61,011 bases of DNA, filler included, from Vannella sp. (GCA_023345925.1; 6 parts of 6 records of this genome joined end to end with filler, not necessarily neighbours in it), one strand, 5' to 3'; positions 45,416 through 57,987 are shown, numbered from the whole stretch's first letter. Numbers and translations: made by a program. The notes: generated from the letters alone by a model not told the origin.

Positions 45416-48400
45416 ATGAAGCAGCCAGTTACGCCTCATCTCTTTCCTGGGCGGCTGCATGCATCCAATAGGGGTATGATAGTGGTTAGCATGGTGGAGT
45501 GAGCGTTGTTGACTTGTGTGGGGGCGCAGGAGCGCAGGATTGGGGCTGGCAAGGGTTGGTGGCGTACGGGGCGTTCGCTTACATCGTCGTGGTGGACCCT
45601 GCCTCCATGCGTATCATCCAAACACTAGACGAGCACCAGTCTGAAGTTACTTGTACCCGCTGGTAAGTTCGGGACCTCACCACGGCGGAGCTCCTCTCAT
45701 GCGGCAGACTCGGCAGGGCAACGAAGGGGCTCCGCCTTTCCCCAGAGATCTCGACCAACCAGACTCGGGGTCTTCCACTTTATGCACAACCTGAGCGAAT
45801 GTACTTGGCCACAGGAGATGCCTCTGGTAGTGTGCTGCTCTGGGACGTGATGAACGGGTCTGTTTGCCGGTACATGACTGGTATGCCACGGAGTGGGCTC
45901 TCTCTTGAAGGTATCTGATAGATTTGGGGACAGAGAAGAGTGCTGTGCTTCAGATGGAGTGGCTGAAGGAGTACCCAAGCTGCCTTTCCATTCTCCTTGC
46001 GAACGGCACCTTCTTGCTGTGGGATTGCTTGGAGAATCGGACTGTAAGGAGGCACCCTCGTCGCTTGGATGGTTGAAGTTGACTTGACTGCAGCTGTGGA
46101 GGAAGGTCTTCCTGCCAGAGGAAGAGATCGTTTACTTTCAACTGAATCCCTTTGATCTAAGGCAAGCTACCTTCGCATCTGGTACAGGATGGATCCACTT
46201 CACTTCTGGTATCTCCAGATCGGGTCCACCACCGGTACTGAACAAGTATCGCATCACTTCAACCCAACCAGGTCCCATTCCGACCTCCAGCACGGCCGTA
46301 GCCCCTCGTGCATTGAAGCAGATCATCTACTCTCCTTGCCTCCGTGACATCATCTTCTTTGTGCTTCATAAGGAGATCCTCATCTTTGACTTGACCGTCA
46401 ACCAGGCCGTTGGAACCGTCATCACAGAAAGGGGCCGCTCTCCCTTCTCCCAGATCCAACTGCGCAAAGAAGACCCAGATCTGATGTTCTGCTTGCATGA
46501 GAATGGAGGGATTAGTGCCTGGAGAGTCCACCAGCCCTTGGCAAAGCCATTCAAATTTGAAGTGACTTCAATGTGGGACCTGCAGAGGTTTGTGAAGCAG
46601 AATAAGAAGACTCAGATCTCTGTCTTTGCCATTCACGAGAGCTGCCACTCCAAGAATGAATTGGCAATGTTTGCCAATGACGGGACCTTGTGGATTTGGG
46701 ATTATCGACAAGGCAAGGAGAAAGCCTCTTTCTGTATTAACGGCATCCTGGAAAGCATCAGCTCTCCTGTCAAGAGCCTGGCAGTGCGATCATTTACAAA
46801 GGCTGGGGGTGGATATGTCCTGTCTAACACGGTCGCTATCGGAACTCAATGCGGAACCCTTCAGATTATCAATTTGAAGACGAATGAAGTGGAGGCTGAG
46901 TTTGCAATTGCAAAGCAGGACTTACGTTCGGTTCTTTGGTTGAATCAGCACACCATTATTGCGTTCAGTACGGAGGAACTGGAGGGGGGTGACAGTGGTT
47001 GCTATCGAAATCACGTCTTCGTAGTGGACATTCGCAATGGCCGGTGCACTCGCGTGCGCGACGATAAGGGCATTGAAAGTTCATACATGAGGGCCATCAA
47101 AGTGTCCTCCTCAAGGAAGTACTTTGCGCTGCTCCTCCGAGACCGACCGCTCGAGCTCTGGGACGCTCAAAAACTGACATTTTTACGTACTGTTATGATG
47201 CCAGGCGAGCAACCTATCTCAAGTAAGTGTTTGGTTGCCGATTGTGCTGTTATCTCATTCCCGTAGCTATGGCATGGTCACCTCAGATACAAATTGAAGG
47301 TGTCGCCGCGGGGACAGAAAGGTTCGTAGTAGCAACGCTCCCAGGCGTATTTCATCACTTCTCTGTCCAAGGTTCGAATGTGACAAAGCTCTTCGTAAGT
47401 TGGGGTCGCCCAAATCGACTTCAAGAAGAATCTTACCGAAGAATAGCCCGTCACAGAGCCAGACCTCGGAGCAATCTCTGCCTTAGCATGGAAAGGGAAT
47501 TACGTCGTGGCAGGAGACATGGATGGCAATATTGGCATCTGGGATTCCGAGACCCGCAAGAACAGAATCTTTTCTGCTACTTCCAAGATCGTGAGGAGCA
47601 TTCGTTTTGCTCCTTCCTCCAAACTGCATCACGTTTTGATAACCTTCCAAGATGGCGAATTTTGCATTTGGGATATTGAACAGTGTGTTCGCCTTGGCAA
47701 CAGCGGCTATTTGAGAGGAAGAGGTATCAAAGCTTTGGAAGGTGACTGGATTGATGGTGCTCATCCTTTAATTGCTTGCTCTGATGGCTGCCTGCGTATC
47801 ACAGATCGCACTTTCTCAGCATGTAATTCTCTTTTTGACATTGGGTTTCAGGAAGGTCTAAGAGTACTCTTCAAGCCATTGTCCACTGTTCACATTCTCC
47901 CATACCCTCATCAAGTCTTCCTACGTTTCTTACTGCAATTTGAGATGTTCTCTGCTCTCAAAGAGTTCCCCAGCTTTGCTGGAGAAGGAGTTAAAGAGCT
48001 ACAACTTCCATTGAAATGGTTGAACAAGTTCCAAACGGCACCTTCCATATCTGAACGGTGTCTAGCAATCGCCAACTATTTTGGTGACCATGATGCTGTT
48101 GAGCTTTGGACTCTGCTGCAGAGCTCTCTCTCATGTCCAAGAATGTCCTCCTCTGAAACAAACCAGTTTGAGGAATCTGTTGATTTGCAGTCTGATTACC
48201 AAGACACGAATGGGAATGACCATTCAGAGTTAGTCACTCCTTTAGAAAGCGAAAGATCTCCAGTTCGCGACCACCCTGTCACCACTTTTCCTTTGCCAGT
48301 TCATTATGACCTCTTCCGCTCTGCAGGAGAGGTTAAAGCTGATCAAATAAGAAATGCCAACCGACAGCGGGCTGACCGACCAACTCTCGAGCACACCAAA

Positions 48401-49223
48401 CAAAGCATCGACAAGTACCTCAGACTGAATATGAGTGCTCAAGCCATCGAGCTTTTGCTGGAAACCAACTCAGACGACAGCCGCTACCTCCAAGACGCTT
48501 TGATGGCTTGCGTAATTGCTGCAGCAACGGAGACTCAGCAGACTTTCCGAAGTGTTGTACAAACAGTTGCTAGCAATCTTCTCGCTCAAAACCAGCTCCG
48601 CTTGGGAGTTCAGTTGATGCTTCTTATTCAATGTGGCCAAGATGCTTGCTATCACTTGCAGTCCATTGGGCAGTGGGATGAAGCGGCGCTACTTGCCAAG
48701 GTAGGATCTGAAGCTGAGTGTTTGCTTGATACTAACAAAACTAGACCCACCTTCCTTGGGACGAAGCTGAAGCTGTGTTCTCTCGATGGAGCTCCCTTCT
48801 CTTGCAAGAAAAGAGATATCAGCGTGCATTATGTGTCCTCGTTAGCATGGGAAAGTACTCTGATGCTCTACAGGTCTTGAGAGAATGGGGGCGCTTTGAT
48901 GTTGGAGTTCTGTTTTGTATGGCATTTGAAGGAGCCGGAATCTTAGACAAACTGGAAGAGTGCTCGCCGGAACTCTCTTCTTCCTCGCAACCGCTCCCTA
49001 TCTGTGATCTCATCCAAACAATCTTTATGGTGTGTTGAGTGTACTCTTTATGTTATCTCTTCTCATGAAAACGTAGGATTACGCAATCTTGCTTTCTGAT
49101 TCTGGTTTCCGCCAGTCCGCAAGTGACTTGATTCAGCAGCTTCCGAGTGAGACCTTCTGCACTAATCTACTTCAATCATGTCTGGGAAAGCTTAATGTGG
49201 CTTTTTCGAGCCTTAGAGAGTGA
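45416..49223 (+). CDS. WDR11: WD40 protein WDR11, multi-exon
   Basis: N-terminus: DWGWQGLVAYG..VVVVD..IQTLDEH..V..RW. C-terminus: AIELLLET..YLQDALMAC..VASNLLA..GVQLMLLI..DAC.HLQ..W.EAA.LAK. Confidence 0.88.
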
Positions 49224-49259
49224 GTAAAGACTTGAATAAAGACGATTCATTAGATTAGA

Positions 49260-50460
49260 TTAGTAGAGGACGATTCCTGTGAGGTCCTGGACGGTTGCTC
49301 TGCCCCACTGAAGAACGAGGAACCAGTCGAAATAGTACTCAAACGGATAGAACTTGTTCTTGTAACAATACATGGCCATCCACGTATTGAGGGAGCTTAT
49401 CATGAGAAAAACCAGCAGAAGAAAAAAAATCCGCCGAGAGGCAGCGCTTCGCAACAGTGGAAGCCATTCTGCGATGGCAATGAAGCAAAAGGAGCTGAAT
49501 ACAAGCAAGAATCCAGCGACATATCCTTCTAGTTGGTTTTGGCGTTGCAGATTCGGCAAAATGTAGGTATACTCCCCCGTCATCATGTTATACTGCGCCC
49601 AAGGGTTCCGATGGATGGCATTACCAATGACTCCTGCCATTACAATGAAGAATGCCACCTTTGCTTGGTTAGTAGGCAAGCCCAATGCTCTACTATTCCT
49701 TCTCATACCGTGGTAAAGTAAAACCAAGTCCAACGACCTCTAGGACTTTGAAAGAAGAGAACCAAAAAGGGAAGTATGGTCAATACAATGGCACTGGCAA
49801 TGAGCAAATACTTCTTTGAGAGATAAAGATGCTGAGTCAGCCCGTGAATCTGAACCGATTAGAAGGAAAATCCAGTTTCCAAGTGACTCACAGTTACTGG
49901 TGTGTTATCATTGATGAAAGATCCCATCTCATTGAAGCTGAGATAGTCCTTGGCATCATGAAAGTACAAAAACTGCTTCGCCTTCTTCGGGAAACCAACA
50001 TTGGTCGATGGGGTGATGTAGAAGAGGGCCGGGACGGTTACTAGACCAATCTTTTGAGAGAGGGCATAAAGTTGATCAAATGGAACGCGAAAGAAGAATG
50101 CGGGAGTGCTGCTGTTGCTGTTTTGGGTGTGCTGATCAGCGAAGTGCTCTGCAAGTTGCCCAAAGGCTTTGTCAGCCTCTCGACAGGCATGGCACTCGCG
50201 GTCCGTGTTAAAGAGAACTGCCAGAGTGTAGTTACGGGGAGATCGAGCGATGAACTTCATAAAGTCTTCCTCTTTGGTAACATACGTTACGCCACCCGGA
50301 AGAGCGCTGAGTACCCGCCAATTCTAAGTCTCGAGTGAGCAAAGAGTGACTGACTCAAGGTACTGACCTCTGCCTGCCTCCGACTCTTCTCTGCCACCGA
50401 AAGGGTGCGTGGGGCCGCAAAGCTAATCCCGACAAGCAGTAGCACCACCAAAAGCCGCAT
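49260..50460 (-). CDS. OST3: Oligosaccharyltransferase OST3/OST6 (MagT1/TUSC3-like) subunit
   Basis: Signal peptide, PRNYT, thioredoxin-like CHAC, TM helices, NAIHRNPW, Q.QLEG, YCYKNKFYPF. Confidence 0.88.
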
Positions 50461-50586
50461 GCAAAATGATTGAGAGAAAGCCAACAACACGGAAGCGCAA
50501 ACGCTGAGGCGTCAAAGACACAAGGCTAAGAATTAAACACTTATTTTAATTTTCGAAAATTTGTTGTCTCCTGTGCACAGAAATTT

Positions 50587-50659
50587 GGTTCAATAGCTCA
50601 GTCGGTAGAGCGCGTGCTTCACACGCACGAGGTCCCGGGATCGAGCCCCGGTTGGATCA
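50587..50659 (+). tRNA. tRNA-Val(CAC)
   Basis: 73-nt cloverleaf. Acceptor GGTTCAA/TTGGATC, anticodon arm CGTGC-TT-CAC-AC-GCACG, T-arm CCGGG-ATCGAGC-CCCGG. Confidence 0.93.
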
Positions 50660-50674
50660 TGCATCTTTTGTTAA

Positions 50675-51544
50675 TCAGATTTTCAGTTTGGTTTGCAGGG
50701 CTTTTTGAGTCTTTGGATTGCAGTGAGATATGATTGAGTTAAGTTTGGACAAAATTTCGGGATCGTTGAGAGTTGTGTGGTGCGCAGCCAAGAGACTCGA
50801 TAAGAAAGAGGTGAATCGGAGAGATGAAGCAAGTGATGGAGCATGAAGGCTTAGTCGATCAAGCAGCGGAAGAAATAGATGCTCTGCTCCTATTTTCATC
50901 TTCCAGATGGCTGCCAGGAGAATCACTGTCGACTCGTTCCAAAAGTGTTTTGAGTCTGGAGACAAAAAAACTTGTAAAAAGCCCAACATCAATGGAGGCT
51001 CCTGTTTCACCACAACCCCGAGAATCTGTAGCAGCGCTTCGACCTGAAATTTGTTCAATTGGCCAATCTCCCCATCCAAACTTTCAAGGCATGGGAGAAC
51101 AAGGCCATCCAGAATCGCCTTTGGTGAAGAAGTTGCGCAAGGAAGAATGGTGCCCAAAAGGATTCTCGAGGCGGAGCGGGAAAGTTTCTGAAGGCGCAAG
51201 GAAAGAATCTTCGTACAGAAGGCGACCATGTGGTGATGACTCAGTTCCTGCTTTAAAACGAGCGGGACGAACAAGCGGAGCTTCTCCTCTGTTAGCTCTG
51301 CTTGGAGGATTTGGGTGAGACTCAAGTCGAGCAAGCGGTCTTCGGACGGGAAAATGCATTCAAGTCCTTTTCTAATCGTGCTCTCAAGAACATTAGAAGG
51401 GGATTCCAGGGACGACAGCAAGTCATCAATAGCATCAATTGATTCTCTATCCATCTCTTGAGGTGTTGTACTCGTCTGAGAGGGAGGAGCGGAGCGGGAC
51501 TTGGAAGTGGAGTGTTGCAGGATTGCCCCGTTGTGAAGGAGCAT
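50675..51544 (-). CDS. FANCE: Fanconi anemia FANCE-like protein (C-terminal helical domain); 5' end uncertain near gap
   Basis: LSRSASRILL, LVLPCL, QVEAL, WNESTV, SLRFTSFL, KALQTKL follow the FANCE C-terminal repeat pattern (ASRLL, WKEETF, KSLKAAL). Confidence 0.72.
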   Translation of the reverse strand: MLLHNGAILQHSTSKSRSAPPSQTSTTPQEMDRESIDAIDDLLSSLESPSNVLESTIRKGLECIFPSEDRLLDLSLTQILQAELTEEKLRLFVPLVLKQELSHHHMVAFCTKILSLRLQKLSRSASRILLGTILPCATSSPKAILDGLVLPCLESLDGEIGQLNKFQVEALLQILGVVVKQEPPLMLGFLQVFLSPDSKHFWNESTVILLAAIWKMKIGAEHLFLPLLDRLSLHAPSLASSLRFTSFLSSLLAAHHTTLNDPEILSKLNSIISHCNPKTQKALQTKLKI

Positions 51545-51596
51545 CTCTCTGGCTCGCTTGTTCTCTTTCCCTTGAAGACTAGGGAGAGCAAAGCAC

Positions 51597-51696
51597 NNNN
51601 NNNNNNNNNNNNNNNNNNNNNNNNNNNNNNNNNNNNNNNNTTAATTAATTAANNNNNNNNNNNNNNNNNNNNNNNNNNNNNNNNNNNNNNNNNNNN
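51597..51696. other. Artificial contig spacer
   Basis: N44-TTAATTAATTAA-N44. Confidence 0.98.
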
Positions 51697-54600
51697 CTCT
51701 GATTCAGTCCCGTTGGTAGTAGCGCTGAATCCAATGGGATACAATCCTGGCAAAAGCTGACTCCCAGTTACTGGTCCAAAAACCTGCCTTGTAGTGCACG
51801 TATCACAGCCGGTAGCAGTGCACGAAGCACTCGATGAGGTCATTAACGCACAGCGAAGACCTTCCAAAGTGGAACAAGACACTGAAGAAATCAACTCCAC
51901 TGAAGGACAGATTGCTTGGGCAATAGCGGAGCAGAATTCAGTAACTGAAACGTTCAAGGGACATATCGGTGACTGATATCCTTGATTATTTACAGCTCTT
52001 AAGGAAACTGAATAGTTGCCAACAGTAAGGGGTTGCCCTGAAACACCAGATAAATCAATAACATTGCACCCACAGGTACTTTCAAAGGGGCACAAGAGTT
52101 GTGAAAAATCTGGGCGAATGCATCCTCTCCCATTTGGGAGAATACAGGATGGATCTGTGGTCAGCTCGAGGGCAGAGGAAGGGCAGAAGTCTGGTAGTGA
52201 GGAGCAGGAAATGCTCTGAATCTCAGTGACATTAACAGAAATGGAGCAAGTCTCCGAGGTGAGGCCAATGGAGTTGACAGCGGTGTAGTTCAAAGAGAAT
52301 GTCCCTACAAACACACTCTGTCCGTTCTTTGGACCATCAACTTGAATGGAACAAGGACATTCACCATTCATACAGGTCAAATTAAGGATTGGGCGCTGGA
52401 AGAATGCACAGGAAAGTCCGTAGTTCGTGCACTCTTCAGTGGTAGGAATTGTGTAATTACTAATTGAAGGACATCCTATCAAAGGTGGACCAACGCATGC
52501 ATCTTTGACTGTAATGTAAGTCGAGCAGGATACAGGATTGAGTCCCTGGGTGCTTGAAGAAGTAAAATCTTGCTGATAGACTCCTGGCCGCAAACGGGCC
52601 CCTTCCTTTGGCCCTCTACCTTGTAAAAGATTACAAGGACATCCACCTAAACTAGTACAGTTTGCCTTTGTCATATTCAGTAACTGGGCACATCTAGATT
52701 GCCGCAACTGGCAAGAACTTGAAGTCGTTATCGAATAGTTAGCCGGACAACTGATGATAGGACTCGCCAGGTCACACAGATTTGGTGGTTCTTCGGTAGC
52801 AGTAAGGGTAAAGCCACCATTGGTCCGCTCGTATCCGCTCACCATTATTGTCAGCACAGTTGCTTGAGGTTGAAGCGTTCGAAATTCAGAAAGACGAGGG
52901 ATGCAATTGAACTCAGTGGCGAATTCGGTTTCATCATTGAAGCCAAGGCAAGTTAGTGCAGAGCAGGCACCTGTGTACACATGGATAATCGTGTCAAACT
53001 GGTAATTATTACCTCGGCAAGTACTGATAGAAAGCCGTCCATACTGGTAAAGCGTGGTGTAGGTGTAGTAGACGGTATTATAATAAACGTCCAAGCAACC
53101 GGAAAAGAAGATTTGTCGTTCAATACCGTTTGTCGTCCCCTGAGTGGGTACACCATTAGTGAGAGCTATTGCTTTAAAGCACTCATCATTGCTCGGTCGA
53201 GGCACTTCCTCCACAGAGATCCAAAAGTTACCAGCTGTATTTCCAGTGACCATGATAGTGAGCTCATTTCCAGCATCCAAGTTCTGGATGACCACATCAG
53301 AGAGCAGTGGATTGCAGCCTTTTTCATAAGAATCGACAGTGTCATCGTTCGAACTAATACAATTACCAACGCAGGATGATCCTACATATATCTGAGTGTC
53401 GAATCCAAAAAAGGCCCCCCTGCAGGTACTAATGGAGACGCTACTTGAATTAAGCTCTGTTGTGTACGTGAAGAATGCCGCAGCAGGATAGTAAATGAAT
53501 CCACATGGTCCGTCCTGATTAGATGCTGGGTCGAAAAACGTGTACCCACGAAGAGGTTGAAAGTTAGTAAGGGCAATAGCTCGGCTACAGTCAGAATTGG
53601 TTGGAGGACGCGGTAGATTCTCAATTGCTCGAATTTGGAATGAAACGTCACAACCTCTCTTCCCAGTGACCACGATGGTAAGTACTTCGTTCTGCGGTAG
53701 ATTATTGAATCTAAGCCGAGAATTCTGCCCACAAGCATCATCATTTGAAGCTTTGTATACCAAGTTATCACAAATTCTGAGAGAAGAAGACGTGTAGACG
53801 GAAAGAAAAGTATCACTGTGGTTTCCAAAACACGTTTCAATGACAAGATTAGCAAAGTTTAAGCGGGTTGTAAAGCGATAGAAGATCCCTCTAGAGCCCG
53901 GAGTAAACTTGTCATCAGAAGTCATCTTAGCGATTCGAGCTCCATCGATAGAAGTGGATCCAGAAACAATTGAACCTGAGGTCAAGGCAATAGAGCTCTT
54001 GCAAGTCGTTCCAAAAGCTTCCACTTTTTCCTTAACAGAAAGTCGAAAAGAACCAAAGTCGTCTCCAGTTTTTCCTCCCACAACGATGTAAAAATCAGTC
54101 CCTACGGGAAGGGATGAGTAAAAGAGCCGGTTTGGTTGATCATTGCATATGCGGTCGTCCGGATCAGTTTTAACACACTCCAGATTGGTGCATGTACCTG
54201 AGTAGATGATTGTGTTGGTTGGGGTAGTTGCCAACGAGCACGTGCTCACAACAAAACTGGATGAGGGGAAAAGCTTAGTGTAGCGATAGAAAACAGCAGG
54301 ACCTGTTCCTTTTTGACAGGAAGCCAGAAGCTGAAAATCGTAGAAGCGAGTATTGAAGTTGTTCCCAACCACAGACACATTGTTGGTCACTATCTGGGCA
54401 GCAGGACAGTTATTGTTCACCAGGATTTGCTCTTCTTCTTGAATACTCAGAGAGAAGTTGCCACTTTCTGTTCCAGAGCCACTGACGACAATGAAGAGTG
54501 TGGACCCTTCTGGGAGTTGGAGACGCAGATCTGACAACGAAGGTGCACATGAGTTGCTTATTGCAAAGTCGGTGTTGTCATTCACGCCTTTACAAATGAG

Positions 54601-55728
54601 AAGCCCGCAATTTCCAGTGTACACTTCGAGGACGGTGTCAAAGTTAGAGTTGTTTGGGAGGCATGTGCTAATAGACAAAGGAGAGAAGTGGTATTGAGTC
54701 TTGTACTTGAAGAAGACTGCTTTGGAAGCACCTGAAGGACTACACGAACCAGGAATCATAGAAGTGGTCAAGGTGGAAGAGGAAGTGCTGCCAGGAACCA
54801 CCACCATATTTGCAAGAAGTATAGCAGAGCTGCAAAGATCATTACGCTGTTGAGGACCCTCCACAAGGGAAAGAGTGAAGAGGCCATCGAAATCTTCTCG
54901 ACCAGTGACTACGATGACAATGGGGGTACCCAGTGGGAGGGTGCTGACAATCAACTTTGTAGCATAGTAGCCAAGGCTAGCGTCGTACTCTGAGAAGGCC
55001 TTATCAACGCAAACTAAGCCAGACCCACAGGATCCTGTATACACTTCAATTACAGCCTTGAATCCGCCAAAAGGGTTAGGGCTAGTGAGAGTCAGTTTCC
55101 CGTAGTCATACTCAGTTGTGTAAGAGTAGAAGGCAGCCTCTGCACCACGATGACTGCAAGAATCAGGAATGTCCCAGCAGTTGGTAGGAGATCCAGTCGT
55201 CTTTCCTCCAAGAGTTTGCCCGTTAAAGAGTGAGATGGCTTGGGAACAGACTCCATTTGGAGGGCCCTCCGTCTCTGTCACGGTAAGATAGAAGGTGCCC
55301 GAAGCTCCGTTGACTCCAGTTACGACGATGAGCAGGTCTGTGGCAGCAGGGACCCCAAAGGATAGTCTTGATTGGCCAGCATAGCATGTTGATTCAGTAT
55401 TCAAGGGGCTATTGTCGTTCTCCTCAAGGCAGGTAAGCGAAGTGCAGTCCCCAGTGTAGACTTGAATGAGAGAGTCCCAATGATCCAAAATGGACCAGCA
55501 ATTGCTCACTTCGATCTTCCCAAAGTCAAACTGAGAGGTATAGCGATAGAACATTGCTGGACCGCTCAAGGGACTGCAAACACCAGCAAACGAGTCAATC
55601 CCGCCAGAGGACGTATCATTCGTGACCGTGGAGGGTCCAGAAAGGATGTCCGCGTCCTGGCAAGTATTCCCCCCGCTCACAGAAGCTAGGAGTGTTAAGA
55701 ATAGAGCAACAGCAAGGGAGCTCCACAT
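51697..55728 (-). CDS. Large intronless secreted Cys-rich repeat protein: 7 NxxC..AI.L beta repeats plus at least 4 HYR-like domains; 3'-truncated
   Basis: Signal peptide MWSSLAVALFLTLLASVSG. About 130-aa repeats (C..AI.L..G.T..FY.YT..STC..DT...VYTG.C..L.C..ND..IVV.G..G.F.L). HYR-like P.I.CP..GP..G..VG..TA.N..C...V.V. Confidence 0.85.
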
Positions 55729-55793
55729 GTCGCGCTCAAGCAACCAAGAAAAAGTTGGCCGCTCCAAGCTGTCCACCAATCAGAGTGCGAGGC

Positions 55794-55893
55794 NNNNNNN
55801 NNNNNNNNNNNNNNNNNNNNNNNNNNNNNNNNNNNNNTTAATTAATTAANNNNNNNNNNNNNNNNNNNNNNNNNNNNNNNNNNNNNNNNNNNN
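55794..55893. other. Artificial contig spacer
   Basis: N44-TTAATTAATTAA-N44. Confidence 0.98.
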
Positions 55894-56238
55894 ACTAAAC
55901 CTCTCTTCCTTTGTCGAACTGATTTGAAAGACTCGCTTCAACCTCGGAAGGATCCGCTCTTTCCAAACGCTTCCCAACGCGACCAACCTGTCCACTCAAT
56001 GATTGAAGTCAATTGATGCTGAATCGTGCCTGTTCCTTCACTTCTGGACCTCACAAGTGAAACGAGTCAAAAGACTTTGCTTCATCCGTTGGTGTTGCAA
56101 AGGTTGGGATGGTAGGTAGAAGGACAATGATGACTCCCAGACCAAGGCAAAACTGCTTATCTTCCTTCTTGGAAGATTGTTGGTGAGCTGGATCTTGCTA
56201 AACGGATTCTTTGAATTCAAAAAACTGTGAGTTTATCA

Positions 56239-57987
56239 TTAAACTCTTTGGAAGGACTTGGGGTGGCTCTTGGCGTACATGGAAACACCTGCAATGACCG
56301 CGAGGAGGGCCACTCCAAGGACTAAAACGACGATCAAGACAATCGCCCAGGGAGGGAACGTGTCATCAGCGGTGATGTATCCTTTCTGGCTGCGGTTGGA
56401 GAAGTTGTTGTTGCGGGTGCACATGTAATGCCATTCTCCAGTGCGATTCACTCGATAGACACCTCCATCAAAGTAAGGGGTCTTGGCTGCATTCAACTTC
56501 ATGCAGTTGGTGACATCCTCTTCGTTCACATCGCCGGTGGCGCAGTTCGTCTGATCAATGAACGCCATGCGAGCCTGAAGGCGAGCATCATCGAACAGGG
56601 GGTCCTCAGGGTCGTCCATTGGCTTGTTCTCGCCTTGAGCCATCATCTGAGCGATGTTGCTGCGGTCGGTCTGCCGAGTTCCCTCTCCGTCATTACCAGC
56701 GGGATTGGTATCGCATCCAGTCCACTGGAAGTGAATGTAATCTCCCACCTTCGTGTGGAGGCGGTTGGGGACGAAGTCATACTCAACCGAAGGGTAAACC
56801 TGGACGATGTTCCCTCGCTTGCCGCGAACGTTCAAGTTCCAGATCTGAGCATCAGAGTCGATCCCATCAGGGCGCTCTCGGATCTCAAACAAGTGAGAGC
56901 GGTCTTGGAAGGTGCGTCCGTACTGGTCGGTGTTGAGGGCCATCTCGTAAGGCTTGCCAAAGTACTCGACAACTTCGTCCTGTTGCACGGGCGAGTTCTC
57001 TCCGTTGGCGCTAGCGTTCACAAAGTGCTCTCCTCCAAAGCCCCAGCCATCATAGTCAGCCGTGGAGATGTTGTAGCGGAGGCGGAGAACGCAGTTCTCT
57101 TGCACGTCGTTGGGGATGGTCCAGTTGTAGCTCGAGGCGTATCCCTCGTGAGCACCATGCATGGCAGAGTTGCCCAAGTGGTTGTCTCGGCTCCATTGGG
57201 CCTCTTCGCATGCTGGTGGGTCGATTCCCCAAGAGGATCGCTTGACCCACGTGCCTCCGGCTTGGTTACAAGCCACTTGGTTGTTGTGTTCAGGAACAGA
57301 GCAGTAGTTCTTCGCCTTTACGTTCTGGCTCTCCGATTGGAAGAAGTCGCAGTGCTCCTTCTTATCCGTGAGGACGGCGATGTCCTTCCATGGAGTGGGG
57401 TGCCAGTAAGGATAGTAGTCCCGTTCTTCTGGGCATTCGAAGCCTTGTCGGTTGCCGTTGTTGTCCTGGCGAGTGTTCTTGGCTGCATTGCGTCCTCCCA
57501 TGTTCTGGTCGGCGGTGAAGAGACCCGCGTTGCGATGCCGGGCCTTGCAGTCTTGGTAGTACTGGTAGTTCTCGTGCATTCCATACACAAAGGTGGCCTC
57601 GTCCTCACCGGTGAGGGGATTTGGGGTAACCTTAGCCTTGTGTTGAGCCTCATCATCGGGGATGGTGTCGGTGGTGGTACCATCACGCACATCCTCACCA
57701 CAAAGGTACTGGATGACGATGTTGCAGTGGACCTTGGGATTGTGGCACGCGTGTTGGTTTGTCCACTCAATCATCAAATGAGATCCCACGTAATAGTAGA
57801 GAGGAGGTCCCCAGCAGTAGCCGCCCTTGTTGTTGTTCTGCGTATCGCACAAACGCCGATTATTCTGCACGTTGACGCCTTCTTCGTTCAACCGGTTGTT
57901 GGACCCACGCGGATTGTGAAGATATACGTCACCACTCACAATGGTCAGCAAGACCAGAAGCAGGAGCGCTCCACAGAGGAGCCTCAT
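56239..57987 (-). CDS. DD3-3-family type I membrane protein, intronless
   Basis: Signal peptide, DVYLHNPRGSNNRLNE, ECPEERDYYPYWHPTPWKDIA, NVRGKRGNIVQVYP, CTRNNNFSNRSQKG, C-terminal TM. Confidence 0.88.
   Translation of the reverse strand: MRLLCGALLLLVLLTIVSGDVYLHNPRGSNNRLNEEGVNVQNNRRLCDTQNNNKGGYCWGPPLYYYVGSHLMIEWTNQHACHNPKVHCNIVIQYLCGEDVRDGTTTDTIPDDEAQHKAKVTPNPLTGEDEATFVYGMHENYQYYQDCKARHRNAGLFTADQNMGGRNAAKNTRQDNNGNRQGFECPEERDYYPYWHPTPWKDIAVLTDKKEHCDFFQSESQNVKAKNYCSVPEHNNQVACNQAGGTWVKRSSWGIDPPACEEAQWSRDNHLGNSAMHGAHEGYASSYNWTIPNDVQENCVLRLRYNISTADYDGWGFGGEHFVNASANGENSPVQQDEVVEYFGKPYEMALNTDQYGRTFQDRSHLFEIRERPDGIDSDAQIWNLNVRGKRGNIVQVYPSVEYDFVPNRLHTKVGDYIHFQWTGCDTNPAGNDGEGTRQTDRSNIAQMMAQGENKPMDDPEDPLFDDARLQARMAFIDQTNCATGDVNEEDVTNCMKLNAAKTPYFDGGVYRVNRTGEWHYMCTRNNNFSNRSQKGYITADDTFPPWAIVLIVVLVLGVALLAVIAGVSMYAKSHPKSFQRV

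Noticed and set aside
16118..55893. Five identical TTAATTAATTAA palindromes flanked by Ns
   Set aside because: Artificial contig linkers. Adjacency across them is not evidence of biological linkage.
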